This document shows, in pieces, positions 47,901 through 56,700 of a stretch of 64,000 bases of DNA. Below the pieces are notes generated by a model that was not told the origin of the DNA, did no database searches, and was given only the letters and a program-made list of their open reading frames with translations. Origin of the DNA: Polyangia bacterium (GTDB lineage: Bacteria; Myxococcota_A; Polyangia; JACRCY01); contig DASXVK010000718.1 in assembly GCA_036504295.1 (NCBI GenBank), positions 339-64,338 of the forward strand. The letters run 5' to 3'. The first letter of the stretch is position 1; every line of letters begins with the position of its first letter. The translations under genes were made by a program, and so were the position numbers.

Positions 47901-50900
47901 CTCGCGCTGCCCCGGCCCGGCGGCTACCGGCTGCGCGCCGAGGCCACCGACGAGGCGGGCCGCCGCACGCGCACCTCGGTGTGGGTCTACGCCGCCGGCC
48001 CGGGCTACGTGCCGTGGCGCCTCGAGAACGCGTCGCAGCTCGAGCTCGTGCCCGACAAGCGCGAGTACCGTCCCGGCGAGACCGCGCGCATCCTCGTCAA
48101 GTCGCCGATCACGCCGGCGGTGGGGCTGCTCACGGTCATGCGCGGCGGCATCGACGAGGCGCGGCGCGTGCGCTTCGAGGGCACAGCGCCGATCGTGGAG
48201 GTGCCGATCCGCGCCTACCACCTGCCCGAGGTGCACGTCGGCCTGAGCCTGGCGCGCGGCCGCGTCACCGACGGCAGCCTCGGGGCCGCGGCGGAGGACC
48301 TGGGCCGGCCCGCGCTCGCCCACGGCACGGTGCGCCTGCCCGTGGTGCTCGACGAGCGGCGCGTCACCGTGACGGTCGCTCCGGCGCGCCCGACGGCGCG
48401 GCCGCGCGATCGGCTCACGGTGGCGCTGCGGACCACGGACGCCGCGGGGCGGCCGGTGCGCGGCGACGTCGCCGTCATGGTCGTCGACGAGGGCGTGCTG
48501 TCGCTGCTGCGCTACGCGACGCCCGATCCGCTCGCGGTCTTCTACGCCGCGCGGGGCGCGGGGGCGCCGCTCGTCGACCTGCGCAGCGCGCTCCTCGGCC
48601 GGCGCGAGGACCTCAAGCTCGCGCGGCTCCATGCGAGCAGGCGCCGCGGCCACGCGAACCAGGCGCTGGCCCGGGGCGCCTTCGCGCTCCGTGGCCACGG
48701 CGGGCACGGCGCCGGCGGCGGCGGGCTCGGCGGCCCGCCGAAGGCGGTGGCCTCGCCGGACGCGGCCGCCGCGCCCGGGGGGCCGGAGGAGGCGAAGGCG
48801 GAGCGGCTCGACGACCTCACGACCGGGGCCGACGAGGCCCGCACGAAGTCGGCCGGCCCCACCTGGCAGGCCCGCACGCTCTTCGCGACGACGGCCTACT
48901 TCAACCCGGCGGTCGCCACCGACGCGGACGGCCGCGCGCAGCTCACGATCCCGCTGCCCGACAACCTCACCACCTTCCGCATCATGGCCGTCGCCGCCGA
49001 CGAGGCGCGCCCCGACCGCTTCGGCCACGGCGAGGCCCAGGTCACCGTGCGCAAGCCGCTCCTCGTGCGGCCGTCGCTGCCGCGCTTCCTCAGCGTCGGC
49101 GACCGCTTCGAGGCCGCGGTCATGGTGCACAACGACACCGGGGCGGCCGGGGTCGCGACCGTCCTCGCCCGCGGCCGCAACGTCGGCCTCGCGGGCGACC
49201 TGCGCCGCGAGGTGCGCATCCCGGCGGGCGAGGGGCGCGAGGTGCGCTTCCCGCTCAGCGCCCTGCACGCCGGGCCGGCGCGCCTGCAGCTCGCCGCCCT
49301 GCTCGGCCGCGAGCGCGACGCCGCCGAGGTGCAGGTGCCGGTGCTCCTGCCGGTGACCACCGAGGCCTTCGCCACCTACGGCATGACCGAGGGCAGCGTG
49401 CGCCAGCCGGTGGTCCCGCCCGCGGGCGCGCTGCCCGGCTACGGCGGCCTCGAGGTGTCGCTCGCCTCGACGGCGCTCAACGGCCTCGAGGACGCCGTGC
49501 GCCAGCTCGTCGAGTACCCCTACGAGTGCACCGAGCAGACCGCGAGCCGCGTGATGCCGATCTTCAGCCTCGGCAAGATCCTGGCCGAGTTCCGCCTCGC
49601 CGCGGTCGCGGACCAGGGCGCGCGCAAGGCCCTCGCCGCGCGCGGCGTGAGCCGGCTCGTCGCCCAGCAGCGCTACGACGGCGGCTGGGGCTACTGGGAC
49701 GGCGCGCGCCTGAGCTGGCCGTACGTCAGCGCCTACGCGACCTACGCGCTCCTGCGCGGGAAGGAGTCGGGCGAGGCGGTGCCCGCGGCGGCGCTCACGC
49801 GCGCCCGCGCGTTCCTGAAGGACCGCCTCGACCACCCGCTCACGCAGTACTACGAGCACCTCGACTACACGTCCCAGACGGCGAGCGCCTGGGTGCTCGG
49901 GGAGCTGGGGCAGCACGAGCGCGGCCACCTCGCCCGGCTCTACAACAAGCGCGGCGAGCTGCCGCTCTTCGCCCGCGCGTGGCTCATGACCGCGCTCTTC
50001 CGCGCCGAGGGCCGCTCGGGCCGCGTGCGCGCGCTGCTGCGCGACCTCGACAACGCCGCGATCCAGACCGCGGCCACGGCGCGCTTCGCCGAGCACGCGA
50101 CCGAGAGCCTGCGCGTGCTCATGCACTCCGACGACCGCACCGACGCCATCGTCCTGCGCGCGCTGCTCGAGGTCGACCCCGGGCACCCGCTCATGCCGAA
50201 GGTCGCGCGCGGCCTCCTCGACGGGCGCATCAAGGGCGCCTGGTCGACGACGCAGGCGAACGCCTACGCCCTGGTCGCCCTCGCGCGCTACTACCGCCAG
50301 GTCGAGCGCGCGGTCCCCGACTTCGCCGCCGGCCTGTGGTACGGCGACGGCGCGCTCGGGCAGGCGGCGTTCAAGGGCCGCGAGATGAAGGCGGTCGCGC
50401 ACGAGGTGTCCCTCGCCGCCCTGGCGCGGCTCGGCGCCCGCGACCTCACCCTGGCGAAGACCGGCCCCGGCGCGCTCTACTACCGCATCGGCCTGCGCTA
50501 CGCCCCCGCCGACCTGCGCCTGCCGCCCGAGGAGCAGGGCCTGAGCGTGAGCCGCGTCTACGAGCCGATCCGCGACGCCGCGGGCCAGCGCGAGGACACG
50601 GTGCGCCGCGGCCCCGACGGCACGTGGGAGATCACCGCCGGGGCCACGGTCCGCGTCCGGGTCGTCGTGGTGGTGCCGGACCAGCGCTACTACGTCGCCA
50701 TCGCCGACCCGCTGCCCGCCGGCCTCGAGGCGGTGAACCTCGGCTTCGTCACCTCCGCCCGCAGCCGCCTCGGCGGCGAGCTCGACGACCGCACCTACGA
50801 CGTCTGGTCCTGGTACGCCCTGCTCGCCTTCGACCACCGCGAGCTGCGCGACGACCGCGCCGTCCTCTTCGCCGACCGCCTCCCGGCCGGCGTCTACGAG

Positions 50901-51032
50901 TACACCTACCTCGCCCGCGCGACGAGCCTCGGGCGGTTCGTCGTGGCGCCGGTGAAGGCGGAGGAGATGTACCACCCGGAGACGTTCGGCCGGTCGGCGA
51001 CGACGGTGGTGGAGGTGCGGGCCAAGCGTTGA
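44931..51032 (+). CDS. Bacterial alpha-2-macroglobulin family protein with an intact thioester
   Basis: It is 2033 aa with an N-terminal signal. The thioester motif YPYECTEQTASR has CTEQ at nt 49527..49538. The context is MG-domain-like beta-rich sequence. Confidence 0.9.
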   Translation: MRTARFVLLFVVVLNCAHGERARSLPPPGADPFAGLAPLARDEPQPFTFRPGAPPPPTTTRVEPLPFPPASQRAPASRPSVAPTPLKVLRSQPTGENALVGAVTVTFNQPMVPVASLAELATRAAPLVLAPAVKGRFRWLGTQTLAFEPDGRMPFGTEYTASVPAGTRATSGARLERAEQWRFATPRPELRRALPAAYTDQARPDTAVALELNQPVAAAELLRRLTLAGIPGRDLVVVPRAEWAALPDLGAAIARLDPERTIVLRPRRPLAAGAWQHVTIAAGLRGEGGRPSLRALHHPFSTYRPLKVEEIACGDRWRCNPAQGVMVRFNNPLAPAAGAPVVTVTPAPRDLDQEPGASWVMLRGDFDPRTAYTVTVKAGPVDVHGQKLGADVRRTLRTGDITPEVRFPAQNVTALERRGTRQVPLEVRGLGGARLRLVAVDPAQLMTLIERLRSPWGYGQGRGDPLARIKGLRPARHLVTGVGRNGKTTLGLPTDEALGPSGAGTVFAEVRADGLRRDDRWANPYRLALVQVTDVGIMARYDEDQIVAFATSLESAAPLAHAAAELRDRTGEVIWRGATDADGVVRAPGRRVLGKPAPYALWIRHADDRAFALLDGAGDDHGYNGTYAHASAIPPKETLRLHLFTDRSPYRPGDKVHVKGLLRVVGTTARGEVTGLPPGVGRVEYEVLSARDAKIAAGTLALTKSGSFTVDVTLPPAADLGAYRVRVKPAAGPFPDWVAGAFQVEEYRAPEYAVKVEPGAGPHFQGGTLAARVGADYLFGAPMAGAACAWTLSRAGARFSPPGHEGFSFGDPEAWRPDWRVVDGPRRHREGWRRGFSLARDGADGDIVASGEGVLDARGRLAVGAKLAADPQAKTVGPLAFTLEAQVIDRNRQSIASRATIVAHPAARYVGLRPDRTVVRAGERVSVQAVLADLDGRRQPGAALTIEAALVTTKVTPVQEGDGWTYKYEDHERRAASCAVTTAARPEACALALPRPGGYRLRAEATDEAGRRTRTSVWVYAAGPGYVPWRLENASQLELVPDKREYRPGETARILVKSPITPAVGLLTVMRGGIDEARRVRFEGTAPIVEVPIRAYHLPEVHVGLSLARGRVTDGSLGAAAEDLGRPALAHGTVRLPVVLDERRVTVTVAPARPTARPRDRLTVALRTTDAAGRPVRGDVAVMVVDEGVLSLLRYATPDPLAVFYAARGAGAPLVDLRSALLGRREDLKLARLHASRRRGHANQALARGAFALRGHGGHGAGGGGLGGPPKAVASPDAAAAPGGPEEAKAERLDDLTTGADEARTKSAGPTWQARTLFATTAYFNPAVATDADGRAQLTIPLPDNLTTFRIMAVAADEARPDRFGHGEAQVTVRKPLLVRPSLPRFLSVGDRFEAAVMVHNDTGAAGVATVLARGRNVGLAGDLRREVRIPAGEGREVRFPLSALHAGPARLQLAALLGRERDAAEVQVPVLLPVTTEAFATYGMTEGSVRQPVVPPAGALPGYGGLEVSLASTALNGLEDAVRQLVEYPYECTEQTASRVMPIFSLGKILAEFRLAAVADQGARKALAARGVSRLVAQQRYDGGWGYWDGARLSWPYVSAYATYALLRGKESGEAVPAAALTRARAFLKDRLDHPLTQYYEHLDYTSQTASAWVLGELGQHERGHLARLYNKRGELPLFARAWLMTALFRAEGRSGRVRALLRDLDNAAIQTAATARFAEHATESLRVLMHSDDRTDAIVLRALLEVDPGHPLMPKVARGLLDGRIKGAWSTTQANAYALVALARYYRQVERAVPDFAAGLWYGDGALGQAAFKGREMKAVAHEVSLAALARLGARDLTLAKTGPGALYYRIGLRYAPADLRLPPEEQGLSVSRVYEPIRDAAGQREDTVRRGPDGTWEITAGATVRVRVVVVVPDQRYYVAIADPLPAGLEAVNLGFVTSARSRLGGELDDRTYDVWSWYALLAFDHRELRDDRAVLFADRLPAGVYEYTYLARATSLGRFVVAPVKAEEMYHPETFGRSATTVVEVRAKR

Positions 51033-51165
51033 CGGCCAAACCCCTCCTCACAGCCCCCGCAGCCCCTCCGGCTTCAACGGGATCCGGCCCGCGACCGCCG
51101 CGTCGAGCAGCGCGAGACTCGCGCGAGGCTGCGCCGCCGCGGGCCGCGATCCCCAGGGCCTCGGT

Positions 51166-51549
51166 TTGTGGTACGCTGCCTCGGTGCGCAAGGTGGTCTT
51201 GGCGGTGTCCGCCGCGAGCCTGGTGGTGGCGGGGATCGCGCTCATGAACCAGGTCCGCGGGGGGCCGCCGAAGCCGCGCGAGGTCGCCCAACCCCTCACG
51301 GACGTGGCGGCCAAGGCTCCGGCGATAGACGTCGACCCGAGCGAGGCGCCCGAGCGGCGCCTGGCCCGGCTCGCCCCCTCCTCGCAGGCCGTGCGGCCCG
51401 CGGTGCCGCCGGCGGAGATGCCCGACCCGGCGCGACCCCCGCAGTGGACCAAGACGCTCGCGGCGCCGGGACCGCCGCAGCCGCCCGATCCGTTCGTGCC
51501 ACCGCCCATCGCCGTCGATCCGGATCGGGGGCGCCCGCCGGCGCCGTGA
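51166..51549 (+). CDS. Membrane-anchored Pro-rich hypothetical protein
   Basis: It starts with TTG and has one N-terminal helix (VVLAVSAASLVVAGIALM) followed by a Pro-rich tail. Coding status is uncertain. Confidence 0.4.
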   Translation: MWYAASVRKVVLAVSAASLVVAGIALMNQVRGGPPKPREVAQPLTDVAAKAPAIDVDPSEAPERRLARLAPSSQAVRPAVPPAEMPDPARPPQWTKTLAAPGPPQPPDPFVPPPIAVDPDRGRPPAP

Positions 51550-51588
51550 CGGCCGTGAGGTCTTCCGCCGCGCCAGCGTGAGCCGACC

Positions 51589-53133
51589 ATGCGCCCCATC
51601 CTCCTCGCCCTGCTCGCCGCCGCGCTGGCCGTCCTCGCAGCGCCGCCGTTCGACCTGTGGCCCCTGGCCCTCGTCGGCCTCGGCCCGCTGTACCTCGCCG
51701 CGCGCGCGGTCTCGCCCTGGCGCGCCGCCGGCCTGGGCTGGCTCGCGGGCACCGCCGCGAACCTCGCCGGCCTGAGCTGGGGGGTCGGCCTCCTCGAGAC
51801 CTTCGTCCACCTCGGGCGCCCGTCGGCGATCACGGTGACCGTCGCGGCGTGCGTGTACCAGGGGCTGGTGTGGGCGCTCTGGGCCGGGGCGTGCCGACTG
51901 CTCGCGCGCCGTACCGGGCTCGCTTGGCTCGTGAGCGGGCCGCTCGTCCTCGCCGTCATCGAGGCCACGGTGCCGTTCGTCTTCCCCTGGTACTTCGCCA
52001 TCACCGCGGCGCGGGCCTGGCCGCTCGCCCAGGTCGCCGAGCTCGGCGGGCCGGTGGCGGTCTCGGCGCTGCTCGTGCTCATCAACGTGATCGTCGTCGA
52101 CCTCGGCGCGGCGGCGCTGCAGCGCGAGCGGGCGGCGCGGGATCTCCGCGTCGCCGCCGTGGTCGCGGCCGCGGTCCTCGTGGTGGGGCTCGCGCGCGCC
52201 GGCCACGTCGCATGGGCCCGCGGCCGCGCGCCGGCGCTGCGCGTGGGCGTGGTGCAGCCGAACTTCGGCATCGTGTCGCAGGAGGCGCGCAAGCACACCG
52301 GCCAGCGCTACATCGAGGGCCTGCGCGCCGTGACGGGCGAGCTGGCGGGGCAGGGCGCCGAGCTGATCGTCTGGCCCGAGTCGGCGTTCCCCTTCCTCTT
52401 CGACCGGCAGCTCACCCGCGAGTACGCACCCGGCCACCCGTGGGAGCTGCGCCCGCCGCACCGGGGCCGGCTGCTCGCCGGCGCCCTCACGCACCAGTTC
52501 GATCGGCCCTATGTCTTCAACAGCGCCGTCCTCTTCACCGCGGACCGGAAGGTGGCCGGCATCTACGACAAGAACCACCTCCTCGCCTTCGGCGAGTACA
52601 TCCCGTTCGCCGACTCCTTCCCGGACTGGGCCGGGCGCATGCGTGCCCGGCTGCCCGATTCGCCGGACATCGAGCCCGGCGCCGAGCCCCTCATCCTCGT
52701 CGACGGCGCGCTGAGGGTGGCCCCGCTCATCTGCTACGAGGACATCCTGCCCGCGGCCGTGCACCGTGCCGCGCGCCGCGGCCCCAACCTCCTCGTCACC
52801 CTCGCGAACCACGCCTGGTTCGGCGGCAGCGGCGCGCCGCGCCAGGCGGCGGTGCTCGCCCACTTGCGCGGCATCGAGACGCGCCGCGACCTCGTGCGCG
52901 CCACCAACACCGGCGTCAGCACCATCGGCGACGCGCTCGGCCGCATCCGGGGCGCGAGCGACCTCGTCGAGATCCCGCGCGACCAGCCGGGGCGGCCCAC
53001 GACGCTCGCGGGCGAGGTGCGCCTGGTCGAGACCTTCGCGCTCGGGCCCTACACCGCGCCGGTGTTCCCGTGGGCCTGCTGCGCCGGTCTCGTGCTCGCC
53101 GCCGTCCGCGCCCGGCGGCGCCGGCCGTCGTAG
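51589..53133 (+). CDS. lnt: Apolipoprotein N-acyltransferase
   Basis: A multi-TM N-terminus is followed by a nitrilase-like domain with VWPESAFP, AVLF..DGK..YDKNHLLAFGEYIP and the catalytic Cys in ICYEDILP. Confidence 0.9.
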   Translation: MRPILLALLAAALAVLAAPPFDLWPLALVGLGPLYLAARAVSPWRAAGLGWLAGTAANLAGLSWGVGLLETFVHLGRPSAITVTVAACVYQGLVWALWAGACRLLARRTGLAWLVSGPLVLAVIEATVPFVFPWYFAITAARAWPLAQVAELGGPVAVSALLVLINVIVVDLGAAALQRERAARDLRVAAVVAAAVLVVGLARAGHVAWARGRAPALRVGVVQPNFGIVSQEARKHTGQRYIEGLRAVTGELAGQGAELIVWPESAFPFLFDRQLTREYAPGHPWELRPPHRGRLLAGALTHQFDRPYVFNSAVLFTADRKVAGIYDKNHLLAFGEYIPFADSFPDWAGRMRARLPDSPDIEPGAEPLILVDGALRVAPLICYEDILPAAVHRAARRGPNLLVTLANHAWFGGSGAPRQAAVLAHLRGIETRRDLVRATNTGVSTIGDALGRIRGASDLVEIPRDQPGRPTTLAGEVRLVETFALGPYTAPVFPWACCAGLVLAAVRARRRRPS

Positions 53134-53176
53134 CCGTCCCCCTTGGCGGCGCCCGAACGGCGCCGTATGGTGAGCC

Positions 53177-53518
53177 ATGCACGGAGGCCTCCGCACCATG
53201 TGCCGCGTCTGCAGCGTCCTCGCGCTCTTCGGCCTGGCGCCGCTCGCGAGCTGCACCGAGTCGAACCACCGCTTCCTCCAGGACCTCGACGTGTGGTGCC
53301 GCATCAACACGACGGTCGAGGCGGACCCGGCCATCAAGCCCGCGGACAAGGCCCACGAGATCGGGCGCCGGTTCCGCGCCACGAACCCGTCGCCCGAGTT
53401 CCAGACCTTCTCCTACAAGCTCATCGGCAAGAGCGAGGCCCAGGCCTACCAGATGATCAAGGACGAGGCGGCGCGCCGCGGGCGCAAGGGCTGGGAGTGC
53501 CCGGCGCTGAAAAAGTAG
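53177..53518 (+). CDS. Small lipoprotein, hypothetical
   Basis: The signal carries a lipobox (LAPLASC). The mature part is charged. Confidence 0.55.
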   Translation: MHGGLRTMCRVCSVLALFGLAPLASCTESNHRFLQDLDVWCRINTTVEADPAIKPADKAHEIGRRFRATNPSPEFQTFSYKLIGKSEAQAYQMIKDEAARRGRKGWECPALKK

Positions 53519-53637
53519 TCAGCGGCCGGTGACGATCGCCGCGATCGGCCTGTTCAAGGTTCAAACATTGAACTTCACGCCGTCCAATTCTTGGACGCTC
53601 GTTGCCGTAAGTCCTTAGAAACCCGTGATGTGTCCTG

Positions 53638-53653
53638 TGGCACAGTGCCTGCT
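53638..53653 (+). promoter_or_regulatory. Sigma-54-type -24/-12 promoter element upstream of the RHS gene
   Basis: TGGCAC-agtgc-CTGCT differs from the consensus TGGCAC-N5-TTGCW at one position only, with GG and GC correctly spaced. It lies 58 nt upstream of ATG 53711, in a locally AT-richer leader. Confidence 0.5.
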
Positions 53654-53710
53654 TGTCGCGCCCACATGCCTTGTACGGAGTACCAGCCCCATCCGCAGGG
53701 AGGCAGATCG

Positions 53711-56700
53711 ATGCGACATCGCCAGGGCATCGCTTCCACGGCCACCACGCTCCTCGTTGCGCTCGCGCTCACCGGCTCAGCCCCGCCGGCCGCGGCGCAA
53801 GGCAGCGTGGACTCGTACTACGGGTCCTTCGCGACCGAGGTGCCGATCGCGGTCCCGGAGTTCCACGGCCTCGCCCCCGACGTCAAGCTCGTCTACTCCT
53901 CGACGGGCGGCAACGGCATGGCGGGGGTCGGCTGGTCGGTGACCGGCTCGTCCTACATCGCGCGGGCGAGCGCCGGCAAGGGCGTGCCGCGGTATGACGG
54001 CGGCGACATCTTCTTCCTCGACGGCCAGGAGCTGGTGCCGTGCGGCACGCTCGGCGGCACGCACTGCACGAAGATGCAGAGCTTCCAGCGCATCACCTGG
54101 GACGGTGGCGCGAACGCCTGGTACGTCTGGCGCAAGGACGGCACCAAGGCGACCTACACCGCGCTCAACCAGACCGCGCAGGGCACCTTCCGCTGGGCGC
54201 TGGCGCGCGTCCAGGACCCGCGCGGCAACGCCGTCACCTACGGCTACTGGTGCGACGGCGGCAACGAGTGCTACCTCGAGACGATCAGCTACAACGGCAC
54301 GACCATCACGTTCTTCCGCGAGGGGCGCCCCGACCCCGTCACCTACGCGATCGGCGGCTCCACGACCTGCTACGACACCTGCTACGACACCTGCTACTCG
54401 CAGTGCTGCGCCGGCTACGACAAGTACGGCAGCTGCAGCTCCTGGTACGACTGCAACCCGGTCCAGTGCAACGCGCACCAGTGCAACCCGCACGCCTGCC
54501 CCGGCCAGGGCATGGGCAAGGTCAACTACCGCCTGCGCAGCATCTTCGTCTGGATGCCGGGCGTCTCGCACGTCCGCGCCTACCGACTGAGCTACGGCCA
54601 GGACGCGCTCGGCCAGTCGCTGCTCACGAACGTCCAGCAGTACGGCCGTGACGTCACCCACGACGGCGCCGGCCTCATCAACGGGGGCTCGGCGCTGCCG
54701 GCGACGAGCATGGGCTACGAGAGCGGCGGCTTCTCCTTCGCCGGCGGCAGCATGGGCTGGCCCACCGGCGGGTACGTCTCCATCGACCGCGACACCACCG
54801 GCGACCAGCGCGACGGCGGCATCGCCTTCGCCGACTTCAACGGCGACGGCAAGCTCGACATCGTGTGGTCGATGTGGGAGTGCAGCGGCTGGTTCGGCGG
54901 CGGCTGCGCCGCGCACAACGAGATCCTCATCAACACCGGCAGCGGCTTCGTCCCCGGCCCGAGCTGGCCGACCTCGGGCTATCTCTCGATCGACAAGGAC
55001 TCGAGCGGCAACCAGCAGGACGGCGGTGTCCGCCTGCTCGACCTCAACGGCGACGGCAAGACCGACATCGTCTGGTCGCTCTACAAGTGCAACGGCTGGT
55101 ACGGCAGCGGCTGCGCCGGCTACAACGAGGTGTGGCTCTCGACGGGCAACGGCTTCGTGCGCGGCCCGAACCTGCCGACCGGCGGCTACGTCTCCATGGA
55201 CAAGGGCGGCGGCCAGACCGTCGACGGCGGCGTCCGCTTCGCCGACATCAACGGCGACGGCCTCCCGGACCTCGTATGGTCGATGTGGGAGTGCACCGGC
55301 TGGTACGGCGACGGCTGCCAGGCCCACAACGAGATCTGGCTCAACACGGGCAACGGCTGGACCCCCGGCCCCGGCTGGCCGACCTCGGGCTACATCTCGA
55401 TCGACCGCGGCGGCGGCGACCAGCGTGACGGCGGCGTGCGCCTCGTGGACATGAACGGCGACGGCAAGGCCGACGTCGTCTGGTCGCTGTACAAGTGCAA
55501 CAGCGGGTGGTACGGCGCCGGCTGCGCCGGCTACAACGAGATCTGGCTGTCGACGGGCAGCGGCTGGGTGGCCGGGCCGACCTGGCCGACCGCGGGCTAC
55601 GTCTCCATGGACGGCGACTCGACGGGCAACCAGCAGGACGGCGGCATCCGCTTCGCCGACATCAACGGCGACGGCAAGATGGACATCGTCTGGTCGCTGT
55701 GGGAGTGCCGCGACGGCTGGTACGGCGCGGGCTGCTCCGGCCACAACGAGATCTGGCTCAACGCCGGCAACTTCTTCACGCCCGGGCCGGCCTGGCCCTC
55801 GGGCGGCTACATGGCCATCGACGGCTGGAACGGCTACGTCCAGGACGGCGGCATGCGCCTCGTCGACCTCAACGGCGACGGCAAGGCCGACCTCGTCTGG
55901 TCGATGTGGGAGTGCACCGGCTGGTACGGCGCCGGCTGCCAGGCGCACAACGAGGTGTGGCTCTCGACGGGCACCGGCTTCGCCTCGGGGCCGGGCTGGC
56001 CGACCGCGGGCTACATCGCCCTGGACCGCGGCAACGGCGAGATGCGCGACGGCGGCATCCGCTTCGTCGACATCAACGGCGACGGCAAGCAGGACCTCGT
56101 CTGGTCGATGTGGAAGTGCAACGGGTGGTTCGAGGGCGGCTGCGCCGCCCACAACCAGATCATCCTCGGCGCCGGCGGCCGCGACCTCATGACCTCCATG
56201 ACGAACAACGCCGGCGGGACGACCGACGTCACGTACGTGCCGTCGACGGCGTGGGCGAACACCGCCATGCCGGCGGGCCTCGTGCTGCAGACCGTCGCGT
56301 CGGTGCGCACCGGCGACGGCCGCACCGCCTCGTCCACGGCGAGCTACCGCTACGAGGGCGGCCTGTGGTCGAACGCGGAGCGCCGCTTCCTCGGCTTCCG
56401 CAAGGTGACCGCGGTGCTCGACGCGGCCGGCAACTACACCGAGACCTACTACCACCAGCACGTCGGCTGCATCAGCAAGCCGGAGGCGACGTACTTCCGG
56501 GACGCGGCCGGCAACATCTTCAGCTACTCGACCTACGGGTACCAGGAGAACGGGGCCCCGCCGTACACCTCGCTCCTCACCGACCGGTGGGACTACGAGT
56601 GCAACCAGTCGGGGAGCTGCAAGCGCGTGGTGACGCAGCTCGGCTACGACGGCTACGGCAACGCCACGACCACCTACGAGTACGGCGACTACGACGCCTC

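Noticed and set aside
44805-50975. 2056-aa minus-strand ORF covering the same DNA as the alpha-2-macroglobulin gene.
   Set aside because: It is an antisense artefact of GC-rich coding DNA, with an Arg/Gly/Ala/Glu-rich translation. The + strand frame carries the CTEQ thioester and normal composition. The other long overlapping frames (44456..47698, 47981..51247) are rejected on the same grounds.
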